Shown in pieces: positions 50,801 to 62,832 of a stretch of DNA of 64,000 nucleotides. How positions within the stretch are numbered: position 1 is the first letter of the stretch; each line of letters opens with the position of its first letter. The position numbers and the translations under genes were made by a program. The notes below the pieces were generated by a model. The model saw only the letters and a program-made list of their open reading frames with translations, did not search any database and was not told the origin of the DNA. Where the stretch lies: NCBI GenBank assembly GCA_965645245.1, contig OZ287078.1, forward strand, positions 372,001-436,000. Direction: 5' to 3'. Source of the DNA: Massalongia carnosa. Lineage: Eukaryota.

Positions 50801-51340
50801 GAATTGTTTAATTGAACTGGCCATGTCGAAAGGTCTTTGAAGAGGCAGGAAAAAGATGGAAGATTGTCCAGGAATTCGACAATTATACGACTATTTTACA
50901 TACAAAAGACAACGAAGATTGGGAGAAATATCCGATGAAAAAAGAGCTTTTATGTTCATTTGGGCCTCTGATAATTCCAACCCCTTTGATTTAGATCTTG
51001 TTTGTAGCTAATCGAACTACTTTCATTCAAAATCACACTCGTCATCTCACTATAATTAATACTGTTGATCATGAAGCTATTACGAAGAGATTTTTCGCCT
51101 GGAGAGACTCGGAAGGCATGGGGAAGTCGGATCAAAAAGGGTGGTTGGTTTGGGCTCTGGGCGACCAATTGAAGCAATTCCTTCGGTCCGGGGTTAGATT
51201 AATGGCTGAATAAGAGGCGCCTTTAGTTAGATTCATGAAGTTATTCATATCGACGACGTTGCAGCTGGCGACAGCAAGGTAAATGAAGCAATTCTGGTGT
51301 TTAAAGTAGTGGTGGGTGACGAACTAGTGGTGGGTTACGT
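47815..51340 (-). mobile_element. Fot1/pogo-type DNA transposon (3.5 kb, DD35D, defective) nested in element B
   Basis: TIR ACGTAACCCACCACTACTTTAAACACCAGAAT at 47815-47846, inverted at 51291-51340. TA target duplication at 47813-14 and 51341-42. Transposase has HTH/CENP-B-like domains, YNMDEKG, LLIDGHASH and LPPHTTHFLQPLN. Confidence 0.93.
48181..50824 (-). pseudogene. pogo transposase pseudogene, two exons
   Basis: Three consecutive in-frame ORFs (50824-50546, 50545-50363, 50362-49727). Intron 49544-49730. Exon 2 has several premature stops and the third catalytic Asp reads Asn. Confidence 0.85.
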
Positions 51341-52766
51341 TACTGTCTTTTTGACCAGAAGCAATTCGAGATTTTCTAGACTATTTTAGTACTGTATTCC
51401 CCTTGTAAGCTAATAAACACTAATGCACGTCTCATGTACGCTAGCAAGGACTTTCAGCGTCATCCTTCGTAGCTTGCGCCGTGTCCTCTTGAAGAGGCGT
51501 TTGCTGGGGTGGTAGAAGGCACTGTCGTGGTTTTGGTGCGTGGGTTGTTTGTTGTGCCTCAGTGCTGGGAGTGTTAGTTGACTGGGTGTGTGCGTTTGTT
51601 AGTATATTGGTGGAGGCGATTGGACCCGTAGGAGAACCTGCAATTTATGTAGCCGTAGATGTTTCTTCCGCGCTGGCGACTATTGTAGAAGTGGGAATCC
51701 GAAACCTTTTCGCGCTGATGAGCGATTCCTTCCCAGTCCGACCATTGCCAACTATCGTAACTTTCTTGCAGTAACTTCCCCGCGGGTTCTTTTTTGGTCC
51801 ATGTGTTCGTATTGGCTGTCCAGTCGCTCTATATCTACGGCCGGTTGACGTTCGAGGTCGTGTACTTATCTTGATTTTTGGCTATAATGCCTAAGATATC
51901 ATGTAGCGATTTGGGAGACAGTCGACCAACTCACAGAAGTTGCATAACGAACGAGGACGCCAAAAAATGCACAGTATCTAACAGACCACACTCCGCAACG
52001 AAGAAGAAGAGTAGAGTTTTATCGAGGGGAGAAGCTTAGTAGAAAATATTGATGTAATAAGTGCAATTGAAATAAATTTAAATACAAAACGAACGTTCTT
52101 CTGGTCTTTGAAGAGTCGAAGATGGTAGATAAGTAGGAGAAAAAGAAACGCCCGTTCCTTACCTTGGAACTAGGACTGGAACTGGGACAGCTTGTTTACA
52201 AATAACAATACATAGGTATACCTATCTACTCCCTTTAGCCAACCATTCCACTTCCCAAAGTCGTGCCCTGTCATTCCACCAGAATACTTCGCGTTTTCAT
52301 AGCTGGCGGAATTGCAGTCATCTATTGCAGATCCTAAGTATGACGTTTTGGAAATGCTTATAATAACGCTGTTAGGTCATTAGAGGGAGTGCTTGACCTT
52401 CATTGTCTGATCGCAGGGTTTTCATCGTGCGAGGATGAGTACAGCAGAAAGAATTGTATAATGTTTCATATAACCTGGTAACTGTATAAGACAGGCTCAA
52501 AATAGGCTGCCAACTCTCATGCCACGAAAACATATCCAATAAGGTGTTCCAATTTTCGAGCCAAACCCCTTACTTTCAAGTCTTCCTAATAAAAAGAAGA
52601 GCAGGTTGGGAGCCCAAGCGCGAGATAAAAGAAGAATAATAACAACGCTGGCGTAAGGAGTTCATCCACCGAATGCATATATGATCGTCATCCATACTAA
52701 TATGCAAATAGAAACCCGAAATCAAAAATTTAAATAAAATTTTTTTTCCAAAAATCAGACAAACGC

Positions 52767-54464
52767 TCAGTGCGCGGCAGCCATATTCCTGGAATTTTTG
52801 CATGCGTCGACTCTAGCTTTGGCAGAACCATGGTTCCAGAACCGAATCAGCCTCTTCCTTAGCCCCAGCTTCTTATCCGGAGTTTTCGAATTCTCTACGG
52901 CGGGGACAGAACGCGGCGATGGAGCAGCAGGATCTGCTTCTCGATCAGGAAACTTTGCCCGAGGCTTCTGCTGTGGATACAACCCAAACTTAGCAGAGGC
53001 CATGAGTGCATCATGTTGCGTCTTAACCTCCACCGCTTCTCGCGATGCCTCCTGCTGGCCTTTCCGGTCTGTTGGAGCGAAGAATTCCTTGTAACTTTCT
53101 TCTGGCACAAAAGGAGCCTCTTCTTTGGGCTTCTTCGCTTCACCCTTCCTGCTAACCCGCATAAGATGTGCAATGTGTGTGGGCGTCACTCTCTTCTCCT
53201 TGTACAGATCCAAGCCCGGAAGAGCAGGCAGTTCGCGATTTAGGTTCGGTGCTCCATCTTGCACGGAAGGATCCATTTCATCTTTTTCTAATCGGTTGCT
53301 ACGAAAAGAACTCCAGCTAGACTTTCGCTTTACCTCTGAGTTACGCCACCAGTTGCTTGCGTTTCCTTTGCTATCGCTGCTGTCGCGACTTCCAGTTCGG
53401 GAAGTAAGTTCAATGGCCGGTCGATTGGAATGCATGCCATCCGTACTAACTCTTGGGCGGACATATTCTTTGATGCCATCCTTGACGCTTCCAGCCATGC
53501 TAACAGCAATACTGCCAGCTCTGCTGACTGGTTGCCCGAGGTTAGGTATATCCTTCTGAACGGAAGTACGGATAGCAGAGTTTGTAGATTGTCTGCTTTT
53601 GCTGCCTGTCCGCCGTCGCGAGAGCTCTTCTGCCATCCATGCTCTCGCAGAAGCGTCGGCAAGGGATGCCGCTGGTCCATCTTGGAGGATTTGCTCCGAG
53701 ACTCTTTGGTTTGTGATAGAAGCGCGCTTGTCATTCCCGGGAGTTAATGCTAAAGAAGAGAGTCCGGTTGAGGTTCCTCGAGCAAATCCTTCATAGGTGG
53801 TAGTACTGCGGGAAGTCGAGCTGCTGGTATCAACGGAAGGACCAGTATAATCAGCGCATGCAGCGGCCAAGGTTTTCGGATCTACATCGCGAAACTTTGA
53901 TAACTGTTGGTCCAGGCCTTTGTGAGAACTCGACTTATTTGCAGATGGAGCAGTTTTAGCATTTGCCGAGAGATTGGTCGAAAGTTTCCGGTGACCAGCA
54001 GTTGCTTCGAAACTCGCAGCGGCATTCCGGGGAATATGTACGTATGGCGCAGAATTGGTATTAGCCTCAATCGTCACGTCGCGGTGACGAAGAGAGCTGA
54101 CGGCTTGATGCTCCAGCTTCCGAGCACGGCGGCTCCTCTCCACTTTCTCATATTCTTCATTGAGTCTATTCAACGTTTCGTTATAGTTCGGTAAATCATC
54201 AGGGTCAGGAGCCGTTGGACATGTCTGTTTCACAAGGATGGCGCACGCTACTCGTAGCTCAGCTTTCAAGTACGATGATAGCACTTGGCGTTCGCACTCT
54301 GAGGGTGAGGGGGTGTATGGAGGCGAGTCTTGGGATTTTGTCATATCTACTGGACTGATTTCGTCCAGGGACGCTGCGACTTTCTGATGAAGGTCAGTAC
54401 AACCCATTGGCAAGCCCCAAGCATCATATCTCTCCTTGATGGTAGGGGGAAAATACATCCTCAT
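52767..54464 (-). CDS. Hypothetical 565-aa protein, largely low-complexity, no recognised domain
   Basis: Long uninterrupted ORF with natural composition (ELRVACAIL, NRELPALPGLD segments). Confidence 0.75.
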   Translation of the reverse strand: MRMYFPPTIKERYDAWGLPMGCTDLHQKVAASLDEISPVDMTKSQDSPPYTPSPSECERQVLSSYLKAELRVACAILVKQTCPTAPDPDDLPNYNETLNRLNEEYEKVERSRRARKLEHQAVSSLRHRDVTIEANTNSAPYVHIPRNAAASFEATAGHRKLSTNLSANAKTAPSANKSSSHKGLDQQLSKFRDVDPKTLAAACADYTGPSVDTSSSTSRSTTTYEGFARGTSTGLSSLALTPGNDKRASITNQRVSEQILQDGPAASLADASARAWMAEELSRRRTGSKSRQSTNSAIRTSVQKDIPNLGQPVSRAGSIAVSMAGSVKDGIKEYVRPRVSTDGMHSNRPAIELTSRTGSRDSSDSKGNASNWWRNSEVKRKSSWSSFRSNRLEKDEMDPSVQDGAPNLNRELPALPGLDLYKEKRVTPTHIAHLMRVSRKGEAKKPKEEAPFVPEESYKEFFAPTDRKGQQEASREAVEVKTQHDALMASAKFGLYPQQKPRAKFPDREADPAAPSPRSVPAVENSKTPDKKLGLRKRLIRFWNHGSAKARVDACKNSRNMAAAH

Positions 54465-55732
54465 GTCTCAGACTCGCCCCAATATGGAAATCACTCACAG
54501 AACGGAGGGACGAAAGAGAGAATCTTCTCTTCATTGCCGCAGGAACTTATATAAGCGTTAGTTAACACGACTAAACAAATCCGGCTCCTTGATTCGTTTC
54601 CGTATGTGTATTCGTTGCGGATGCTATGTCGCAGCCTTTAACGTAGAAGGAGAAGCAAAACAGTCAAACGTGTCAAGTCAGCCCAATCAGCCAAACCAGT
54701 CCGTCTGAAATGGAAGAGGAAAATTCCACCGGGGCGTCGTGTCCATGCGGGGATTATGTAGAAACCTGAAACCGCAGCCCGATAACTGATTCGCAACTTT
54801 TCAAATGCCCACGCCTCCTCCCCACCCAAAAATAATGGGCTTTTAAACACGCTTCGTGTGGCACGCACTTTGGTAGCCTTCTTCACGGCGAAGCAAATTG
54901 CTCTCCGCTCGCGTATTTGTTCTTTTCTCAGGGCTCTAAGGATGGACCCTGCGTTTCGGTAATTGGTTGGCGGCGGGATGAGGGGTGTTCCTGTCCAAGC
55001 TTTTCAGTACCGAAACCTCTTGACGATGGTCCGAGATGAATGCTGATGGAATGGTAGATAATTGGTAGGGAAGGATTTCAGCGGCAGCCCAAGGCCGAGA
55101 GAGTGGCCACATCCACTCAATATATTCACCTGTGAATCCCACTTCATTTCATCGCTCTCATCTCGCATCATGTCCAATCTCACGCCCCTAGAGCCTATTT
55201 TCCCCTTTTAGATAACCAAAAGATCTTGGGTTGAAAGTTTATGTCACCAAGGGTGCAGCGCCCAAAGCGCGCCATCTACACGTACCCCTGCGTCGGCTGG
55301 ACCAGCATTAGGGAATAATTGTGCATTGCAGCCAATAGGTTAAGTTGACGAGAAGCCGCTGCTATGATTGACGAGGGCCCTTAGAGTTAAGGTGATCAGC
55401 AGAAGAAAGGTTGCTGTGTCATATGATTCGTTCCTTTTTTGTGTCTTACTTCATCGGCAGCAGCTTGTGGCGAAAGCAGTCAATCGTGTCAAGAAACTAA
55501 TAGCCGATTCGCTTCAATTACTAGTTTCATGACATGATTAGTGTTAGCGTACTGGGTACCTTGTACTCCGTATTAAGGTACTCTGTAATTCGGCGTAGCG
55601 AGTGGCACCACTCACTAGGAATAAAGGTTTTCCGCATACAAATTAAAGCGGGTGGTACCATTCGATATCATGAGCACATTAGCTTAGCGAAAGAGCTTCA
55701 CAACGGGCCTTTTTGAAACATACGCTCACACG

Positions 55733-56253
55733 ATGCATCTTTTCTATGAAAGGGTTCAGCAAGTTGTTCCATGGCTGCTCGCTGTTCCTTCAAATTTAGT
55801 CCTAGGCCTCTGATCAAGGCACCAATGTCTTGGAGTGGCTGAAACAGCGTAGGCTATAGAAATTAATCGTATGAGTGTTGACTGACAAGACTTGCAGATG
55901 TGTTGGTGCTTATCATGACATGGTGGATCACCTTCACGGTCGTGCTTCTGCTATTGTGTGCAGTGGGCTTCAACCCTGTCGGCATTGGCGCAGGTATGAC
56001 TTTCTCGGCTGACGGGATCACCACTTCCATGGGTTTTCTCCTCGGACGCATGACTCATTCCTACACAAAAGGTACTCTGGCCGCGGCCTTTCAATCCTAT
56101 ATGTATGGAGGCTTCACGCCTGCTGGAGGCATTTTCGCTACATTGACGTCGCTGGGGATGCTTGGGGTTTTGATGCCATTGGAAGTAGGCCTGGCGTCTC
56201 TGAGTGCTACGGCGATTACGGTGATTGTGTGGGCTTGTGGAGTCGGGCGTTAG
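55733..56253 (+). CDS. Small Gly/Ala-rich membrane protein resembling the IFI6/IFI27 (ISG12) family; 5' end possibly frameshifted
   Basis: Introns 55849-55897 and 55994-56071 give ...VLEWLKQ|HVLVLIMTWW...VGFNPVGIGA|GTLAAAFQSYMYGGFTPAGGIFATLTSLGMLG. An in-frame TAG at 55803 separates this from the best ATG (55733). Confidence 0.6.
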
Positions 56254-56259
56254 GAGGGC

Positions 56260-56800
56260 AAGCAGGCCTGTCAAAGGCAAAGCAGCTGGCTAAAAGAGAA
56301 TTGCCGTGATGACCGCCAATGATATTAACATCCGGGTCAGCATCTAGTAAAGCACGTATAGGTATACTGTTGTCTTCATTACGAGCTGCAGCCTGTAGTA
56401 TATCGCCATACATGCCGTCATGAGCATTCACATATAGCCCATAGCATAAATCAAGCCTTACGACTAACCACCCAACGGCTGCCGCTAGATGCCGGGGCCG
56501 AGTGTGAACGGAAGCGCCGTTTGCCAACAGCACATCTGTGTCACCATCTCAGCAGGCTTCCGTCAGATCCATGTACCGATGGCGTGACATCCATACTTTC
56601 ACCCTGATCGGTATTTCAATTTTTTACTACCGTTTCCCGCCGCTTCTGAAAGATTATCCCATTTATTGTCTATCGCGAGCGTGAATATTAGAGGGGCATT
56701 CAAGGAGTTCGCTGATCTAAATATAGTGTTCCTTTTTCAAGTTTTCGAGCCCGGACTGGCATCAAGATGTGGTGCCTCGCTCTACGTGCATGGTTATGGC
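56260..56800 (-). pseudogene. Ankyrin-repeat gene relic
   Basis: Fragments LLECPSNIHARD, AAGNG, VLLANGASVH, VNAHDGMYGDILQAAA and LLDADPDVNIIGGHHGNSL across shifting frames with stops. Confidence 0.65.
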
Positions 56801-59610
56801 GTCTTTTTTTCCGTATCAGTCGTTCGGATGATGCTTTCTTCGTTATGGGGTCTTCAGCACAAAACGCCACGAGCCATGCGAGTCGAGGGACTTTAGCTAG
56901 ATGAGTTCATTTTTCAACAGATCGAAAGTTATGCCACCGAGATTTCACACTGTATATTTTTCTTCTATCTTCTTCTCGCTACCATCTACCTCAACTAGCC
57001 TACTTTGAGCAGATACGCCCTCACAGATCCCCGCCTTGAGGGACTCCTCCCAATGACTCTTTCCTACTACTAACCCTTAAGCAAACCAAACCAAAAGAGC
57101 TCATTACGAGTTAGCAGTCCATTTAGTTTCATTTGGTTAACTACCAACTGGCTCAGAAGATCTCTCAAGCAATCACGATATAACTTCATTTCTGGCAAAA
57201 CTGACCGGACTCGACACAAGATAACTAAATATTTACTTATTCATCTGGCATACCCCACCAACTAACTTCTTCCATCTGAATGTGACACCGTCGTGATGGT
57301 GGTAGGGGTAGACGCGGGTCATCTAAATGGAAAGGTGACATCGGGGCAATTAAAAGTAGGTACATACCTAGGTTAGTGATAGCTGACGGACTGCGTTAGT
57401 AGTAGATTACATACTTTATGTAGGATCGGAGGAAAGTTTAACGTCTTTAACTTTCTATACAAGAAATTCGAGAATGAAGATGCGTCTGCGAAACGCACCT
57501 ATCCCGGAGGGTTGATCTACAGAGTACGCTGAAGGCGTTGGGTTTTTCCACCGAGATCTTCGGTATCGGGACAGCCTTATTTTGGTATTTATACAGTGAT
57601 AATCGGGCTAGGGCTAGTGAAGGGGGTGAAGGAAACCTTAACTTGATGTGCTTACCTTGGGGTCTCCACTAATTAACGTTAAGTTCTCTAGCTAAGAGGG
57701 TCTATCTTAACGCAGCTCGGGGATGTGGTGACTTATTTAGCAATGGCGCTTTTCTCTTACGCTGTGAAAGGAATTTGGAGAAGTCAATGTCGGAAAGATT
57801 TTCTGTCAATTGGGTCGTTGGTAGGCCAAGCCTTGAACAGGGCGGAGGATCGTGTACGGTGGCGAACACTTCTCACTCTGGCCTAAAACGCCGGCATGGT
57901 TTCCCCGAACTGTTTCAGCGTCTGTCTGTCGTCACGTCCAGCCGGTGAACAGGCACGTTTCCGCGGTTCCAATCGAGCTTCGAAGCCTCTTCATCTCGAT
58001 GCTATGGCTTGATAGGAGATATCCTCGTTTCTTGCATTATGCCAGTCTGGGGGAGGTGGATGTTATGCTACATCGGTGGCACCAAGACTCAATCGATCAT
58101 GTTGAATAGCAGCTCGTTTTATGTCAATGAGACAGGCTTCTTAGCAGGCAGACACTTGACAAATCGCTTTTGGATGAACCGAGCCTGGTAATAACATAGC
58201 TCTTACTGATGCACTTACTTAACCTAACGCCTACCGACCAGTCGCGCATTTTCTTGGAATGTGCTCTTTTTATCCGAGCATATTTGCTTCTGGTGTGCGA
58301 TGATTTAGGACTTCAACCTCTCTCGGAGCCTCCTCTGTGTCAACGGTTGTCAACGGTATGACAAGGCTAAACCTTCTACTCCAAAGTCACCATAGCCAGC
58401 CTAGGTAATTCGGATTAACCGCACCGGTGTTTCTCCTATGAGCAGTGTCCATAAAATCTTTAATCCTTATCAACTAGGCACCTCAGGCCCTCGCCATGGC
58501 GAGCTCATTCACGACAGCGTTCCATAGCCAGCCTGACGATCATTGCGCATGCGCTTCCGCAAAGCGGAGCAGATCCATTTAATGTGGAAAGTTTAGTCAA
58601 TACAGATGCTTCGATGAATGGCGTGGACGACTCACCTCCGCAGCTCTTGTCAGCCGTAGCAGGAAACTTAGACACCTATATTAGATAAAAGTGGCAGCGG
58701 CTCCCAGTGAGCCTGGCAACTTTAAATTCAAATGGTTTTGGTTGCGACGCCTCAAAGCCCAATGAAGCTAACAGTGGTGACTCTAAACATAACCAAATTT
58801 TAGCTAGTTACCCCAGGTGAATAAGGTAATGCGACTAGAGAATAGGACATTTGATATTCAAGCTCCCAGACCTTCCATTGCAAGACAAACCATGCGCAAT
58901 GCATCAGTATGTCATAGTGTTGAGCTTCCATTAGTAGCTGCTGATTCTCCCTGTTCTGCCCCCAACCCTGTCACTATTGCTCTTACAAGCAAATCGGGTT
59001 CGACATCAGGGTTTATGAGACAATAAAAGGCGTATTTACTGTTTCCAGCTTCAATGTACTCTGTAATCAGCAGCGCTTTAGAATACACCCTAGGATTTCA
59101 GACCCCAATTTCTGCAGCGATCTTATGACAAAATATAACCCATCTGTGAGTAATGGAGGTTATTCACGGACGGACCTGCTGGTTTGCTCATTTGACTGCT
59201 GTGCAGGGTTCACCGAGACTGCAATTGGTTTTGTATGTTGTTCTTGCCAGCCCGCATCGGAGTGTTGATTTCCACTTTCTAGCCAGAGTTGACATTAATT
59301 GCACGTGAAATAGGATGCAACAAATGATTGCAAGAAACCGTAGTTAGCGTCTTTCTCGGGTTCCGTGAGATTCTTCTACAAGCGGTCTCTCACGCAGCCC
59401 TCTAGATATCTAGAACCGCTTGAAAAGGGGATAGATGAGATGATTTGCGGGATAAAATGTAAAGACTTAGATCTGAAATCGGTGAAAGCTACGAAAGTCA
59501 CCTGTTCATGAACCCCATCCCTAACCATACCCGAAAAGGGAATTTACCTCGGCATGGAATGCCATGGCTTACTATCCATCGAAAGTTCCCCGTCCAAGCT
59601 TCACAAGCCT

Positions 59611-59644
59611 CATCATCACCACCACCACCACCACCACCACCACC
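59611..59644 (+). repeat. (CAT)/(CAC)n trinucleotide tract directly before the crotonase ATG
   Basis: catcatcaccaccaccaccaccaccaccaccacc-ATG. Confidence 0.85.
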
Positions 59645-60522
59645 ATGCCTCCAATCCCGCCTCTCTTCACCCTTCAAATCCAGCCTTCTGGCACCATAAT
59701 CTGCACCCAGCCCTCCCCACGAGTCTATCTACTAACCTTCACTTCCCCGCCTGACAACCGTCTCACCCCCTCATTTTGCGGCAGTCTCGGCCTCGCGCTC
59801 GATATCCTTGTTCACCGTTACCCGACAGGCGTCGTGGTGACGACATCGGGAATCGCGAAATTCTACTCCAATGGGCTAGACTATGAGTCGGCAGTGAAGA
59901 CCAAAGGGTTTTTCGCCCAAACCTTGTATCCGCTATGGCAGAGGCTCTTGACGTAAAGTTTCCCAACAGTCCTGACTTCCTCGCTCACATGAAGACCCAA
60001 AAATGCAGCTACCCCATGCCCATCATCGCGCTCGTCAACGGCCACGCCTTCGCCGGCGGCTTCATGACCGCCATGATGCACGACTACCGATTCATGAACC
60101 CGCACCGGGGCTTCCTCTGCGCCAACGAGCTCGAATTTGGCGCCCCGCTCTCCGCCTCCATGGCCTCCATCTTCCGCCAAAAAGTGCCCAACCCCAACAC
60201 CTTCCGCGCGCTGGTGCTGGAGGCGAAGCGCTTCAACGCGCTGGAGGCCCTGCAGGAGGGGATCGTCGACGGACTGGGCAGCGTGCCGGAGGTGCTGGCG
60301 TTTGCCGCCGAGTTCAAGCTTGTGGGGCGGGGCAAGACGGGCGTTTATGGCCGATTGAAGATGGAAATGTGGAGGGAGACGGTTGGCTATTTGGACGCGG
60401 CGGGGGATGATGAGCGCAGAATGACAGGGTATGTGCTGGAGCAGGAGAAGAGGGAAGGGGAGGAGAAACGGAGAGTGGGGGAGTGGGAAGGGGGCGGGAA
60501 GGGCGGCAAATCGAAGCTTTGA
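59645..60522 (+). CDS. Peroxisomal enoyl-CoA hydratase/isomerase (crotonase family)
   Basis: SPPDNRLT, KFYSNGLD and ALVNGHAFAGG motifs. Intron 59953-60008. C-terminal PTS1 -SKL. Confidence 0.92.
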
Positions 60523-61247
60523 GAAAGGGCTGGAAGAGTTGATATGGGGAATGGATTTTCGCGGACGCGCAAAGAAATTGACGAATGCATGAGAAATGTT
60601 AGTGTATTAAAGCAAATCCTTAGCATGGCTTCCCCCGTCACCCTCCCAATCTCCACCCCCCCCCCCCCCCCTTCACCTAGGCTGTTCGTTTATACGCGCT
60701 CCCCAACTCCAACAAGGTTCCCCGACTTCCCTCGCTCCCTCCGTCCTTCCCCCCCCCCCAATAGACACGGCGGAAACCAGCCATGGTTAATTAGTCGCCC
60801 TAACTATGTATGTTTTGGTCCAGTGGGTTAGTGATTTAGGCAGACGACTTGGCGAGATAGGAACTATAATAGGCTTGTGGGGCTGAAAGGGAATAGATGG
60901 ATGGATGATGGGAATGAAGCCGATAAGGTCTCCGGGGGGGTGGGGGGTTGATGACTAGTGAGGCGTGTATTGAGGCTATTATGGGAGAGGGGTGAGTGGC
61001 TTTTGTATATCACACAAGGGAAACTTAGAACGAGTACGGAAATGCGATGATATAGCGATACAGAAGCAGGTGACGGTTTTCAGCTTCTCAGGACTTTCTA
61101 TTGAAAGGGAAAAAGATGTAGTGCCACGCATAGATCAAACAAAGAAACCATCATCCTCCGTAACCAAGGTAGACCATTGCTTTCCAAGTATGAGCCTGAT
61201 CCTACTAACCTGCCCCAATATAAGACCTCATCGTTGCATAAAACACT

Positions 61248-62790
61248 TCAAGCCGCAGCCGCAGTAGCCCGTGTCTTCGCATCCACTGCTTTAGCCGCAT
61301 TAGCCATATTCGTCATACCAATCGTCGGCACGACGCCCACGCGCTCCTTGGCTAGCAGATCAACCAGCAGCGGGCTGGGGCGGCTGTCACGGGCTGGATG
61401 GAATAGCGCCTGGTTATGCTTATACTTTTGCACGCTATCGAGGTAGGTGTCGAAGAGATAGGAAGAGTCAAGCGGGCCGCCGCGGGCTTCGGGGTGAAAC
61501 TGCGTGCCGAAGATGGGGCGGGATTTATGGATGATTCCTAGGGCGGTGGTCAGGGAGTTTCAAGGGAGTGTTTGGTGGAGCGCAGAAGAGAACGGAAGGG
61601 ATACCTTCATTGCTCGAGTCATTCAGATTGATGAAATACTCCTTCCAATCTCCTTTTAATGTCGAAGCATCAATGGCGTATCCATGGTTCTGGCTTGTAA
61701 TATGGCAACGTCCGGTGGTCAAGTCCAAGGCCGGAATGTTGTGGGCTCGATTGCCGTACTTGAGTTTGATAGTTTTTGCACCAGCTGCCAAGCCCAGCAG
61801 TTGGTGACCGAGACAAATGCCAAAGATTGGAATCTGCGAGGAGGCCATCAATTTTTGGAGGTAATGAACGGTGTCCTGGCAATGAGTAGGGTCACCGGGA
61901 CCGTTGGAGATGAAAACCCCATCAAAATGATGAGCAACTTTGTAAAGGGGATAATCGTAAGGAAAGACGGTTACGCTGGCACCACGACCTACGAGGCTTC
62001 GAAGAATATTCTCCTTGACTCCGCAGTCGATCACAGCGACGTGGAGATCTCCATTGGGAGAGCTGACATGAAAAGGAGCCTTGGTGCTGACCCTACGAAC
62101 AAGATTGATCTGCTCAGGGTCGACAAAGGCTTCGTCCTGATCTGCATCGTATTCCTCGCCAATCGTGATTCGAGCCAAAGAAGAACCCTGTTCCCGCAGA
62201 TAGATTACAATCGCCCGAGTATCCACACCAGAAATAGCAGGCACACCTTCCCTGGCGCACCACTGACTCAAACTCTCAACAGCAGTCCAGTGACTATATT
62301 GCTCAGCAACATCCGCAACCACCACGCCAGAAGCCTGGATGTTGGGAGACTCGAAATGTTTCAAAAGACCATTTTCATCACGAACCGAGGATGGCACGCC
62401 ATAATTGCCAATCAGAGGCTGGGTGAATACAAGGATTTGACCACGATAAGATGGGTCTGTCAATGATTCGGGGTAACCAACTAGGGAGGTGGTGAAGACG
62501 GCTTCCCCGGAGATGTTAGACTTGGCCCCGAAGGATTTCCCATGGAAGACCGGTCCATCCTATAAATAGCATCAACATATGTTTGCACTATGGTGCTCTC
62601 AACCTACTCTGATGGTGAATGTAGCACGATCGTGCGACACAGGTGTCGGCCCAGATTTAGAGACTGGGATTTGACGAGTGTTATGAATATCCACGGTGGC
62701 TAAGAAGCGTAATTGGTTACAAGATGCTGCGAGCTGCTTCCCGAAGTTGAGCGGCTGCAAAAGAGCTGGTCGATACAGGCGTGAAAGCAT
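61248..62790 (-). CDS. CPA1: Arginine-specific carbamoyl-phosphate synthetase small subunit (mitochondrial)
   Basis: Presequence MLSRLYRP, then [39 protein letters not shown] and QFHPE. Introns 62560-62607 and 61538-61604. Neurospora arg-2 ortholog. Confidence 0.96.
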
Positions 62791-62832
62791 TGTCCGGCTG
62801 ATAAAATGATAGGTTGCTGCGTTGAAATTACT

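Larger units (their letters stand above)
46245..51469 (-). mobile_element. Second Tc1-like DD34E transposon (element B), interrupted by a nested pogo element
   Basis: Transposase 47765-46399 (MPNAQSNSLTVAQRIQAL...WTDE...QEDKA...NSPDLNMIE) with one TGA and one frameshift. TIR core CTGAAAGTCCTTGCTA at ~46257 and inverted at ~51442-51457. The 5' end TA-CGAAGGATGACGCTGAAAGTCC resembles that of element A. The 3' (left) boundary is approximate. Confidence 0.85.

Noticed and set aside
51470..52150. Thr/Gln-rich minus-strand fragments suggestive of a retroelement gag relic
   Set aside because: Stops in all frames and no zinc knuckle, RT or other diagnostic motif seen.
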